64,000 nucleotides of DNA from Octopus sinensis (GCF_006345805.1 NC_043000.1:159464001-159528000), one strand, 5' to 3'; positions 27,785-40,130 are shown, numbered from the stretch's first letter. Notes: a model not told the origin generated them from the letters alone. Numbers and translations: made by a program.

Positions 27785-27928
27785 TGCTATTTGGGCATGG
27801 TTGATGGAATATTTTTTTTGAATCATACAAAAGATATAGCACATACAGTGGTGCCAGAGGGAACAGAGTTTCAGCTCCATGATCCGATCCCAGTAATCAA
27901 GGTTTGTCATGTCATATATTTTTGCTTT
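27785..27928 (-). mobile_element. CR1-group LINE fragment (inverted)
   Basis: Translation NLDYWDRIMELKLCSL..YIFCM matches the LDYW.RL..LKLYSL..RERY motif. Confidence 0.65.
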
Positions 27929-27959
27929 TCTTTTTTTTTTTGTGATTGTGAAACTGGAG

Positions 27960-28900
27960 TCTGCAGGAGATAATTCAAGCGGAACGAGTGTTCCCCGATG
28001 AACAGAATTCAGTATACGGTGATCGATAGCGTGCAATCAAGCTCAGCAAAAGTCATTAGTGGAGTCCCACAAGGCACTATGTTGGGCCCACTTATCTTCA
28101 TTATTTACTTTGATTACATCATACGTGTCATCAGACACAAGAGCATAAGGATTTTCGCACATGACTAAGCTCTTGAAGGGGTCAACAAAGAAGGAATCCG
28201 GTCATATCTCTCATCTGACCTGCTCGCTGTTTACTCAAGAGGTGAAAGAACACAATGTACAGTATACAGCTAAACGAGGATAAATTTGAATAATATACTT
28301 CTGAAAAAGAGAATCACTTAAGCAACCATACAACTATCCCTAGGGCTAGAAACCACGGAGTAACTATTGATGACAAACTGCAGTTCCCATTAAACAGCAA
28401 ATGAGCCATGATCCGTAGGACGAGCCTCTCCGTCCTTCGGACGTTCCTATTTAGGGAGGCACCTATCATCATTCTTTTTTTCTCCATCATCGACCGTCTT
28501 CTCCTTGAATAGTATTGTCCACTGTAACCTGCCTGTACGAAGAAGTGTACCACAAAACTGAAACGCCTCAGGTCAGTTAGAAACAATAGATATGTTGAGC
28601 TTTGATTATTGGGATGGGCTCGAGAACGCTATATCATTTGTATGTGGGAGAAATGTTCCATCGTTTAATGATGTTGGAATCCATTTCAAAATTCACCCAA
28701 AGCTTAGACCCGTTGAGTACCGTCCTCTCGTAAAGTTCAGCTCATATCATCACAACCCTAAGACAGAATTATTTCCTTTGAAATGGCTATGTTCAGGCAC
28801 ATAACGAAGAAAAAATTCCATAATCTTCAACGGTTTCCTCGATAATATTCTCCAACAAATTCCAGATAAATCACTAACTCCTGGATATATCTCTGCAAAC
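27960..28900 (+). pseudogene. CR1-group LINE RT and C-terminal fragment
   Basis: NRIQYTVIDSVQSSSAKVISGVPQGTMLGPLIFIIY...IFAHD (SGVPQG and FADD motifs), then LE*YCPL, FDYWD and NDVGIHFKIHPKL. Confidence 0.8.
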
Positions 28901-29040
28901 AACTATCCGAATGGGCTACAATTTCTAAAGTAATAACGTGATTAAATATCTTCTCCAGGGGGTGTTAATGAATTAGATATCTTTTGGCCAATATTGGACT
29001 ACACCATGACTAAGTGTGTGTGTGTATATAGAGAAAGAAG

Positions 29041-29088
<48 letters not shown>

Positions 29089-30002
29089 TTAACAGTTGGC
29101 GTCCGGATTGAGAAGGGATGTAGAAAATCAAATTAAGTTGAGTTTACCGTTTCTCCTCTATCCCAAGTTACGAGCTCTAAAATATATTTTGACGTTTTAT
29201 TTTCTTCATCTGGGGATTTATCACAGAAAAAGGGAAATATTAGTAACATAGTCAGGTAAGCCAATATATATATATAGTTTTTTGCTCTCCACAAACGATT
29301 GATCGCACCGATAACCAAGAAATCAATTTAATGGTAATACACGTCCACAGGCCTTGAGCATGAAAAAAATGACCGAAGTGTAAAGTATTAGTCATGTAAG
29401 CTCATCGATGTTCAATTTTCGCTTCGTTTCTACAAGGTATTTTCTTCTTGCTTTTCTCTCCAGCTTTGACGAGATCGAGCAGACAGCAGATCATATGAGT
29501 TCTCATCGCAAACAATCATATTTCCTAAATGTAGATTATCTTACAGTAATACGTTATCGAATATCTAACTATTAGTTCTTATAAAAAAAAAAGCGACAAA
29601 ATGTGATTGGAGAGAGATTTAGCAACTACATCTACCTTCTCGAACGACTATACAGAGATTACCTATTGTGTTTCTGAGCTGCAAATTTAGTTTCTGCTTA
29701 CTTTCACGAAACGCAATTCAAAACCTTAGAAACATGCGTTTTTAGGCCTCTTTATAAGGATACTAACGTCTCATCGGTAAGTACAAGAAAATTTGAGCAA
29801 AACACCCGAGCCTTTTTAGGGAATCTGAGACCTCTGCAATATATGCAAAACGGCTCTACGAGACAAGAGATGGCGTTAGCGCATAGTTAATGCTGAGCAT
29901 GAGCTTTAAGATCTTTTAAAATAGTTACAGGACTTTCATTCACGCACACACACATTCATATATATGTGTGTGTGTGTGTGTGTGCGTGTGTGTATGTGTG
30001 AA

Positions 30003-30344
30003 GGCGCATGGCTCAGTGGTTAGGGCGTCGAGCTTACGATCGTGAGGTCGTGAGTTCGCGCTGCGTTTTGTGTTCGGACCGGGCTGCGTGTTGTGTTCTT
30101 GAGCAGGACACTTTATTTCACGTTGCTCCAGTTCACTCAGCTGCAGAAATGAGTTGCGACATCACTGGTGCCAAGCTGTATCGGCCTTTGCCCTTTCCCT
30201 TGGATAACATTGGTGGCGTGGAGAGGGGAGGCCGGTATGCATGGGCGACGGCTGGTTTCCATAAACAACCTTGCCCGGACTTGTGTTTGGGAGGGTAACT
30301 TTCTAGGTGCAATCCCATGGTCAGTCATGACCGAAGAGGGTTTC
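30003..30344 (+). mobile_element. tRNA-derived SINE family C, full length
   Basis: GGCGCATGGCTCAGTGGTTAG (A box), GTGAGTTCG (B box), and a central TTGTGTTCTTGAGCAGGACACTT..TTGCTCCAGTTCACTCAGCTG domain. A 3' half copy lies at 50888-51070. Confidence 0.8.
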
Positions 30345-30345
30345 A

Positions 30346-30383
<38 letters not shown>

Positions 30384-30392
30384 TATATATAT

Positions 30393-30465
<73 letters not shown>

Positions 30466-30490
30466 TAGATAGATAGATAGATAGATAGAT

Positions 30491-30523
<33 letters not shown>

Positions 30524-30548
30524 CCTAGAGATAGATAGATAGACATAG

Positions 30549-30593
<45 letters not shown>

Positions 30594-30624
30594 TAGAGAT
30601 AGATAGAGAGATAGATAGATATAG

Positions 30625-30677
<53 letters not shown>

Positions 30678-30708
30678 TAGAGATAGATAGATAGATAGAT
30701 AGATATAG

Positions 30709-30754
<46 letters not shown>

Positions 30755-30785
30755 GTAGATAGGTAGATAGGTAGATAGGTAGATA
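30346..30785. repeat. (TA)n plus ~390-bp (ATAG)n microsatellite
   Basis: Direct sequence; source of the YLSI-repeat ORFs. Confidence 0.95.
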
Positions 30786-31159
30786 ACTGAAAATTCAATT
30801 TGAGAGATAGAGAAATTGAAATAAATTCGTAACACATTGGGCCTTTGTTGAGTTACTTTAAATCTTTAGAGAGAAAAAGAATGGAAAATTTTTGGTTACG
30901 TTTTTCTTTCGACCAAACCGACAACAGATTCTCTACACGGTCACCAGATCTGCCATAATTAGCGGCCACAATCTGCCTAAATCAGACTTTATGCTCTTTA
31001 GAAGGCATCGAACATTGTAGGCTTAAATAAACAAAATAGAATAGTTATGGCAGATGTAGAACCTCTTTCAATATAAGCTTATAAAATCAGAGATGATTTG
31101 AGAGCTGAACAACACAGAAAGTGCATAAAAATAGTGTAGTTTCTTATTTATTTATTTAA

Positions 31160-31578
31160 GAAGTTGTTACTGTCACAGATGTTGCTGCTGTTGTTGTTGA
31201 GCTGTTGCTGTTGAACGAACGGTCTTCGTGCCAGAGCTCGCAAGATGGAAGAAGTCCGAAACGTGGTCCTTTGCTATTCGGAAGACCCGCAGAAGAGAAA
31301 GCAGGTCAACCCCCGACACCGAGAGCATCGACGGATGGATGAATGCGCATCCAGGCTCAGCGCTTGCGTAGGAAGTCGGGGATAAGAAACAGGAAGAAAG
31401 AGTGAGAGAAAGTTGGAGCGAAAGAGTACAACAGGGGTCGTCACCACTCCCTGCCGGAGCCTCGTGGAGCTTTAGGTGTTTTCACTCAATAAACACACAC
31501 AACGCCCGGTCTGGGAATCGAAACCCCGATCCTCCGACCGCGAGTCCACTGCCCTAACCACTGGGTCATTGCGCCTCC
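31160..31578 (-). mobile_element. tRNA-derived SINE family D
   Basis: Minus head GGAGGCGCAATGACCCAGTGGTTAG..GTTTCGATTCCC with a CAA/CAG repeat tail. Related copies at 45668-45955 (+) and 57037-57268 (-). Confidence 0.75.
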
Positions 31579-32570
31579 ACTGCTGCTGCTGCTGTTGTTC
31601 TCATTCTTGTCCGAATAAGAAATAAGCATTGCGACTAAGGTGTTGACGATTCTGAAAAGTTTACAGTTACACAGTACATAACGCCGTGCCATGTGAGGTT
31701 TGAGTGACCCCTTAATAGATTCCATTTATTTTGTCTGAAACGTCTCTCCACTCTCGTAAACCTCTCCCATCTTCCTAACTATGGGATTTTGACAGATTTT
31801 TCAATTAGTAAACTAAATAAACATATGGTGCCAAGGGCCCGTCATTCTAAGAGCTCATCCAACACAAATCCCTCACAGGTTTTCTTGAAATTATAAATAA
31901 CATCCGGAAGTCGACAACAAACCACAACAAACAGCAACTCGGCATACTCGCTAATAGCTGAAAAAGGGAAAATAACTAACGTAGAAGCACGCACATTAAC
32001 ACAAACACATGCGCGCGCACTATGATAACCTCAAAATGCACAACACTTTTCTCTCTTCTTATGTGTATGTATGTTTGTGCGCGCACACATATGCATACAT
32101 ACGTACGTACGAATATGCTCATGCCTGTACATTTCTATAAGCGTAGACATACGTACGTGCGTGTTCGTGCGTGTAAAGATAGGCAAACAGTTTCACAAAC
32201 ATATACAAACTTATATATATCCACACACATACACACATACATACATACAAACACTTGTATGCAAACACAAGCATGATCGGATCAACATATGTCTGTCTTA
32301 GGCAAGAACCGAAGTAGCAGACACGTGTATGCGTACGAACGTGTCGATTATGCATACGTGCGAAAACTGGGTTAGTGTGTGTGTATACGTAAGCCTAATG
32401 TGTAGGAGTATTTACAGGTATGATATGCAAAGACAAAAGAGTGTATATCTAGTTTTGTATGTATATAAGTTCATAAACAAGCATATAAATATAGTGTATA
32501 GAGGATTCCTGGGCGCCACCTCATTGATTTACAACAGGGACATAACAACAGTAACAACAACAACAACAAC

Positions 32571-32613
<43 letters not shown>

Positions 32614-32627
32614 GCCCTGATGCCTGA

Positions 32628-33183
32628 ACAAGGACAGACAAACGGATTAAGTCGATTATATAGACCCCAGTGGGTAACTGGTACTTATTTAATCGACCCC
32701 GAAAGGATGAAAGGCAAAGTTGACCTTGGCGGAATTTGAACTCAGAACGTGGCGGCAGACGAAATACCTATTTCTTTACTACTCACAAGAGGCTAAACAC
32801 AGAGAGGACAAACAAGGACAGACAAACGGATTAAGTCGATTACATCGACCCCAGTGCGTAACTGTTACTTAATTTATCGACCCCGAAAGGATGAAAGGCA
32901 AAGTCGACCTCGGCGGAATTTGAACTCAGAACGTGGCGGCAGACAAAATACCCATTTCTTTACTACCCACAAGGGGCTAAACGCAGAGAGGACAAACAAG
33001 AACAGACAAACGGATTAAGTCGATTATATCGACCCTAGTGCGTAACTGGTACTTAATTTATCGACCCCGAAAGGATGAAAGGCAAAGTCGACCTCGGCGG
33101 AATTTGAACTCAGAACGTAGCGGCAGACGAAATACCGCTAAGTATTTCGCCTGGCGTGCTAACGTTTCTGCCAGCTCGCCGCC
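32628..33183 (-). mobile_element. Head-to-tail trimer of family-A SINE (184-bp period)
   Basis: Three cores and a single tRNA head at the right end. Junctions GAC(G/A)AAATACC|(T/C)ATTTCTTTACTAC at 32769 and 32953. Confidence 0.9.
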
Positions 33184-33745
33184 TCATAAATAAAAGAGTT
33201 TCTGAAGACCAGTAAAACGTTTGCACGTTTTAAATAACAACACCGATGGCAGTAATGCTTTCACAGAGAGAAATAAATGAAGAAAAAAAAGAACTACTAC
33301 AACAATAACAGTGGCATTGATGGGTAGAATAACTTGGTGTTTCATACAGAAGCTTAGAGAGGAAATTCCAAATGAAAATTCTTCCCATAACCCCTAAGAC
33401 ATAATTTTCTTCCAATTTACCAAAATACCAAGAGCAAGATTTGATCTAAATCTTATTCTCACACAACTCACGGTTTGTGTATACCAAAAATACATTGATA
33501 TTTAGGTTATGTATACGTAATTACATTTATACATTTTCTCTAGTTTATAACATTTATCTTCAGAGCTTCTTTATAAGTCTGTGTGTCTCTTGTGCGTCTA
33601 TATTTGACATGCATATATTTCCAAAGGAATTGTAAATAAATGCGTATTTCTCTCTCTCTCTCTCTCTTCCTCTTTCTATCTATCTATCTATCTGTCTATC
33701 TCTCCTACTCTCACATACACATACACACATATTATAAATAAGAGT

Positions 33746-33868
33746 AAAAGAAAAACATTTTTCTATGCCAATATGCTGAAAAATAGACCTCCGAATGTCT
33801 AATTACATATAATATTAGACGTTCTAAGGTCTATTTTTCAGTATGCCGGCGTAAAAATCTTTTCTTTT
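33746..33868. repeat. Imperfect ~55-bp-arm palindrome (MITE-like)
   Basis: ATGCTGAAAAATAGACCT..GAATGTCTAAT pairs with ATTAGACGTTC..AGGTCTATTTTTCAGTAT. Confidence 0.75.
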
Positions 33869-33882
33869 GCCCTTATTTATAA

Positions 33883-35476
33883 TCTCTACATATATATAAA
33901 ACTGAGAATGTGTGTATATCTGTCTGTCTGTGTGTTTCCCTAAAACTTGAGCAATATCATATCTTCTCCACTACGATTCCCTAAAACTTGAGAACTACAC
34001 AACCAATTTCATTCAAATTTTACACATGCCTTACTTTGGATCCATGTAGTTTCATGGGCAAAAAAAATGTTCAACTTCTTGCCTAGAGCGAGCCCATAGC
34101 AATACCATATCTTCTCCACTATTTCAGTATTACATGTTAAAAGTGAAACAAAAACGTTTCTCTATTTTATGTCAGATGCTTCCACTTTAACAATAAAAAT
34201 AATAATAACAATTGAATTATATGTAGTAAGTAATAATTAAAATCAAACTAAAGTATAATATAATCGTAACATAACAAAAGTAAAAATAGCAATTGGTATA
34301 AAATTGCATCAATGACTTGAACTTGAATAAGTGGTTTCACACGAATGGGAATAAATTAACATAAAATTAGCGTGCAGAAATGGAATAGTCCAGATGGAGC
34401 TGTGCTTTTACATTAGATTATCTGCTAATTAGCTAGCATTAAGTATCTATATGAAGTTTGGCTGTATGTAATATCTGTTTTCTCGAACAGCCGCTCCTAC
34501 AGAGTACTGCTGTTGGTTTATTTCTTATACATAAAGGACTAAAGCTTCAACTGCTTACTGCTTTTTGGTTTACCGTAAGGTTCGTTGTTATTATTATTAC
34601 TGTTTAACTATTGTTATCACGTTTGTTGGTTCCTCGTAAAGGGAACACTGTTGTGTTGCATTTGTTAAATAATTGTAAACTGTAACCCTCCCCCTTTGGT
34701 AGAAGGAGCTTTGGTTATTGTTTAAAAATTGAATTGTGTCTCTGTTTGGGGAAATTGACAATATTTTCACCGTTTACACGGAAGCATTTTTGTTAGAATG
34801 CCTTCGATAGAAGAAAGTTCAAAAATGAATTTCGCTGTAGCCGTCGGCGGGTGCGAACTCATTGAAATTAAAATGGAAGAAATACGGATTGATCACCGAC
34901 AAAAACGATGAATCGAGGATAACACCACCAAACGAAATAAAAAAATTAAATTAAAGAAAAGACTATTGTCTATAAAGTATACAATATAGAGAAGAAAAAA
35001 AGATTTGAACACCTGGAGGAAAGCACCATCAAAAAGTGTCTTGGTGCGACTATGAAAGATATCTAACCAGAGGTGGTAAATTCGTCACAATAGAAGCAAG
35101 GTTCGAGTCAACGGAGCGTGCAAGGGAGTACTCGACTCGAACCTTGCAAAGTGGAAATATTTTATTCTTACCATTATATCTGGGACGTAGGACGTCCCGG
35201 ATAAAAAATTTAAAATGTCCCCCCAGAAGTAGAGATAGGCTGGATTGTAGCCACACTTCTATAAAGAGGGAGGACAAGATACAATTGATCGAAATTGCAA
35301 GAGACGAGCCTACAATTCCACTGTTATATATTTTGAGTATTGTTATCACTAGCGATATCAAGATGTAACTTTCTATTTTATGTGTAGATGTATATACATA
35401 TAGATGTACATGTAATATGTACACATATATACATGCACTAGCACTATGACCCGGCAACGACGGGTCATAATGCTAG
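33883..35476 (+). mobile_element. Non-autonomous Helitron (~1.6 kb)
   Basis: A|TCTCTACATATATATAAAA start. The end is a TATGACCCG-GCAACGA-CGGGTCATA hairpin, then CTAG (35473-35476) followed by T. That the two ends belong to one element is inferred. Confidence 0.7.
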
Positions 35477-35569
35477 TTCTTTATATTTTCACCTTGAAAG
35501 GTACCTTAACATGCTAGCCAATGATACAATTCATTTTGAAAAATGTTATCCTTATATTAGAAGTGTGTT

Positions 35570-35601
<32 letters not shown>

Positions 35602-35606
<5 letters not shown>

Positions 35607-35810
35607 GTAAAATATTATGTGACGATTATTCAATAGCCAAGATAAAACTGAGTTTCGGATGCCGAGGTGGAAATCGACAACACCATCTTTTCGGTTATCT
35701 GGCCATCTGAAAAACGCTAAGAGATGGTGTTGTGGATTTCCACCTCGGCATCCGAAACTCAGAGTTTTATCTTGGGTATTGAATAATTGTCGCATATTAT
35801 TTTACAGATA
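35602..35810. mobile_element. Fold-back element/MITE with ~90-bp arms
   Basis: TATCTGTAAAAT...GAGTTTCGGATGCCGAGGTGGAAATC.ACAACACCATCT is mirrored on the other side with few mismatches. Spacer ~27 nt; TA at both ends. Confidence 0.8.
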
Positions 35811-35871
35811 ATTTCCTCTATTTACATAATATTGAGGTCTCTTTCTTTCTTTTGTTATCTTACCGTTTTTA

Positions 35872-35914
<43 letters not shown>

Positions 35915-36174
35915 CCAGTTTAAACAGCTTTAAACATCAGATCCCCGAAGCAAGGATATCAACTGTTGCCATTTAGTCATTGTCTGAAAAGACATCTAAA
36001 CCTATCAGCTACATACACTTTCAAGAGTAATTTTATTCCTGTAATAGTCCAATTCTTATCCCTCTGTAATGTGTGTGTATAATATATAAATACATGTATA
36101 CATTTATTTGATATTCATAGTGATATAACATTGTTTCAACACCCCCATCTATTAAATGTAACAGTGCTTCAACG

Positions 36175-36459
36175 GCGCAGGAGTGGCTATGTGGTAAGTA
36201 GCTTGCTAACCAACCACATCCGAGAAAAAACATGTGTTTGGTTATACGGCTGAAGGGACTGGTTTTTGAAGGCAGAAGAGTGCGTGCTTCCCAACCAAAT
36301 GCTTTCAGTTTCACTCCCATTGCGTGGCATTCTGGGCAAGTGTATTCTAGCCTTGGGTTGACTAAAGCTTTCTAAGTGGATTTGGTAGACAGGAACTGAA
36401 AAACAGGTCACACACACACACATACATACATACAAACACACACACACACACACATACAA

Positions 36460-36490
<31 letters not shown>

Positions 36491-37070
36491 CACACACACA
36501 CGAGTGAATATACAATCGAAAGAAGGGCACTAAGCACATTTATCTGGAGTTACATGTATAGATCAAAACAGTTTGATTCAAAATCCTTGGTACTCTAACA
36601 TTTTGAAGCACGTGGTTGGTTAGTTTTCGGCCATTGGAGTCTGAATGAAGATTCTATTGAAAAGAGTCTATGTCTATTGCGGGACGTTACTCTGCGATTG
36701 GTCGAGAAAGATCACGCGGTATTGATGTCGGTAAATTCAGCGACAGCAGTTAGATGGGAAATACAGCATGGCGAACAGGAAATCGACCGCGTGGTGGACA
36801 AGATTTCGGTCGTGTGGTTGAGGGGGTAGGAAGGAGCGGTAGATGTGGGGATTTGTGTGTGTGTGTGTCCCACTACAATTTGACAACCGGTGTTGGTATC
36901 TTATGTCCCCATATCTTAGCGGCTCGGCAAAAATATACAAATCGAATAAGTGCCAAGCTTCATAAGAAGTCCTGTGGGGTAAATCATTCGACTAAAAATT
37001 TTTCAAAGCGGTGCTCCAGCATGCCCCCCCCCCACATAGCCGCAGTCTAATGACCGAAACAAGTAAAATA
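36175..37070 (+). mobile_element. SINE family B head (36175-36400) and tail (36855-37070)
   Basis: GGCGCAGGAGTGGCTATGTGGTAAGTAGC head. The tail GACAACCGGTGTTGG...GACCGAAACAAGTAAAA is separated from it by microsatellite and other sequence. Confidence 0.7.
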
Positions 37071-37220
37071 TAAGGAAATAAAATAAAAATAAAAACAAAT
37101 TATGCACACATACATACGCACACAATGTAATAGGAAATGTGAATTTTAAAAATGATGTTTCTAACCCTTAAAAGGAGCAATATTCGCACAAACGTAGAAC
37201 AAGAAATACAACGTAATTTA

Positions 37221-37720
37221 ATCATCATCATCATTGTTCGACCGTGGTCGAGACAATGGAATTTACCATGCTACGCCAGACTTCACGGTCCATCATAGCA
37301 TTACGGAGGTCCTGTTGATGGATGCCTGTATCCCTGGAGATTACATCAGGGTAGGAGAGTGTGCGCCCTCTGGTATCGCGAGCAGATGGCTTCCAGAGGA
37401 GAAGAGTAGAAATTACCTCTTTTTCAGCTCTACAACAATGTCCAGCAAACCGGACTCTACTACCTTTCACAAGAGATGATACAGGTGGTAGTTTCCCATA
37501 TATTTGCATTTTGGTTGGATGACGCTTCCACGAGAGATTTTGAGCTCTCATAAGGAGGCGAGTGTAGATTCCATCCAACCGCCTCTTAAGCTTCGTTCAT
37601 AACGTCCAGGTTTCTGAGCCATATAGTAGAATTGGTTCGACTATGGCTTTGAAGATTTCAAGTTTGAAGTCTCAACTTAGATTTGATGACCAGATCTTAT
37701 GTAATTCAAACCAAACGTTA
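37221..37720 (-). mobile_element. RTE-clade LINE 3' end, relatively young
   Basis: KIFKAIVEPILLYGSETW..LDGIYTRLLMRAQNLSWKRHPTK..RVRFAGHCCR..MMDREVWR..VEQ*, followed directly by a (GAT)n tail. Few disruptions. Confidence 0.88.
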
Positions 37721-38495
37721 AATCTACTGATAGCCTGAAATTTCTTATGTGACTTATGTGATATATATTTCCAAACAAGTCAGATTACCGCAAATTACTG
37801 AATAGAAAATTTACACACACATATATAATGTGTGTGTGTCTGTGTGTGCGTGTGTGCACGTTGGTCATTGTATTTTACTGTATGGAGTACTTTCCTTTTT
37901 TTCATGTAATTCAATTTCATGTATTGTGTGTCTCAATGTGTGTGTGTTTAGGAATGTGTGTGTGAATACACACACACACACAGATACATAGAGATAGAAA
38001 GAGACGTTACGTATTTTTTTTTTCATGCACGCACGCTGATTCTGAATATTAAACACAATCTTCTATATAAAATATAAGGCTTGGAACCTATGGTTCCTCG
38101 CACAAATCATTGTCTCTATTCATGAAAGTAATTATTATTACGTAGAATGCTTTTGAGTATCTCTTTTTCCCATCCTTTATAGTATGTTTCCAAAGAATCA
38201 AATGATAGAAACGAAATGCAGCAAAATGATAAATGCTGAGAATAGCATAGAATATTAACATCAATTATACAAATATAAAGAGATCGAATTGAATATGCTA
38301 TCATACTCTTCAGTGATATCTGTGAATGCAAATATGGTGTAACTTCTAGGACTTAATAAACAAACACCTACAATACGGATTGTCGGGGATGTATGAAAGA
38401 TACATAGATACATACACACACGAATGGGGTGAGTGAGAGAGAGTGAATCATCTCAAAATGTCTGTGTTATATACTATGCGCTCATTTGGAATAAA

Positions 38496-38745
38496 CCGGT
38501 TGTTAGCACGCCGGACAAGATGCTTAGCTGTATTTCCTCCATCGATTTATGTCAGGAGTTCAAATCCCGCCGAGGACAACTTAGCCTTTCATCATTTCGG
38601 GTTAGATATTAAAAAAAAGTATCAGTTGAGCATTGGGGGCAATGTGATCGCTTATCCCATATAAAATTGCTTGCAGTATGTTGAAATTTGAAACAAATTA
38701 TCATTATGTAAGACATAATGATTTTTGTTTTATCACAGTTGTTGC

Positions 38746-38779
<34 letters not shown>

Positions 38780-39650
38780 GTTCTTATTATGGCAGTGAGC
38801 TGGCAGAACCGTCAAGATATGCTGGGCAAACTGCTGAGCGCCATTTCGTCCGTCTTTACATTCTGAGTTCAAATGCAGCCGAGGTCGATTTGTCTTTCAT
38901 CCTAACGAAGTCGATGAAATAAGTACCGGTTGAACACAGGGACCCCATGTAATCGACTAGCCCCTTACCCCAAATTCCAGACCTTGTGCCTATAGTAAAA
39001 ACGATTATTATATTTATATTTATAATTATTATTAAGTCGGTGCGCTAGCAGAAGAGTTAGCACGCCGGGAAAATGCCGCTAGGATAGATAAATGAAACAC
39101 TGGGGTCGATGTAATCGACTAGTCCCCTTTCCCCAATTTTAAGCCATGTGCCTATATTAGGAAGGAATATTCTTCTTCTTCTTCTTATTATTATTATTAT
39201 TGCGGCGAACTGGCAATATCGTTTGCACGCCGGGCGTAATGCTTAGCGGTATTTCGTCTGTCTTAACGTTCTGAGTTCAAATTCCGCCGAGGTCGACTTT
39301 GCCTTTCATCCTTTCGGGGTCGATAAATTAAGTACCAGTTGCATACTGGGGTTGATTTAATCGACTGACCCCCTCCCCCAAAATTCCGGGTTGTGTGCCT
39401 AAAGTAGAAACGATCGTTATTATTATTATTATGATTATTATTATTATTATGATTATTATTATTATTATTATGGCGGCGACCTTCCAGCTTTATGATTGTG
39501 AGTTCAAATACCGCTGAGATCGAATTTGCCTTTTATCCTTTCAGGTTTGATAAAACAAGTACTTAGTAGAGCACTAGGGTCGATGTAATCCACTAGCCGC
39601 CTCATTCCAAAACTCACGTTTTGTGCCTGAAGTAGAAAAAATTGTTATTA
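38496..39650 (+). mobile_element. Cluster of ~5 same-orientation family-A SINEs separated by (ATT)n
   Basis: Repeated GAGTTCAAAT..GCCGAGGTCGA..CCTTTCATC cores, each ending GTAGAAA(A/C)GAT(T)ATT repeats. Confidence 0.85.
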
Positions 39651-39954
39651 CTATCGATTTTCCTAAGATAAAATTGCAATTTGTTTCAATCAGACATTCC
39701 AGTAAAAAGAACCTGGAGGGGAAAAACAACACTCAGTAGTTTTGAATTATATTTGTAAGCGCGAGTTAAAGAGAGTTTTGAAAAAGTATTCACCAGTATA
39801 CATTGACTATGAATGACGTGACATATCTTGAAGCAGAAGCCAATTAATATACTTTCCAATTGAAACAAAAATATATGGCTCTAAGCTCAACAGAGTAATC
39901 ACTTTCTCACAAATGTAAACAGATGACTATATACATATATATATATATATATAT

Positions 39955-40130
39955 ATTAGTAGAAATTTATTAAAAAAACAAAAGACGAAGACAGGTGCAA
40001 GAACAAACAAGTGTATTAGATTGACGCTCGGGAAAAATGGAAAAGTCTTTTACGTTTCGAACCTACGCTCTTCGACAAAAGGAAAAGAGGAAATAGAGAG
40101 AGAATGAAAACAGCATGTAGAATTCAGCGG
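39955..40130 (-). mobile_element. Probable Penelope-like terminal repeat with degenerate hammerhead
   Basis: Minus strand CTTT-TGTCGA-A-GAGC-GTAG-GTTC-GAAA-CGT-A-AAAG at 40047-40081. Layout resembles 60745-60960. Confidence 0.45.

Noticed and set aside
29437-29790. Strong polypyrimidine acceptor at ~29463 and GTAAGT donor at ~29778
   Set aside because: No consistent open frame or recognisable peptide links them.
30003-30075. tRNA-like sequences (also 31500-31578, 36175-36250, 45668-45730)
   Set aside because: A and B boxes are present, but the acceptor/T stems are incomplete and each continues into a SINE body. These are SINE heads, not tRNA genes.
32628-33183. Regularly spaced repeats suggesting a CRISPR array
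   Set aside because: The whole 184-bp unit repeats with no unique spacers, no cas genes are present and the context is eukaryotic.
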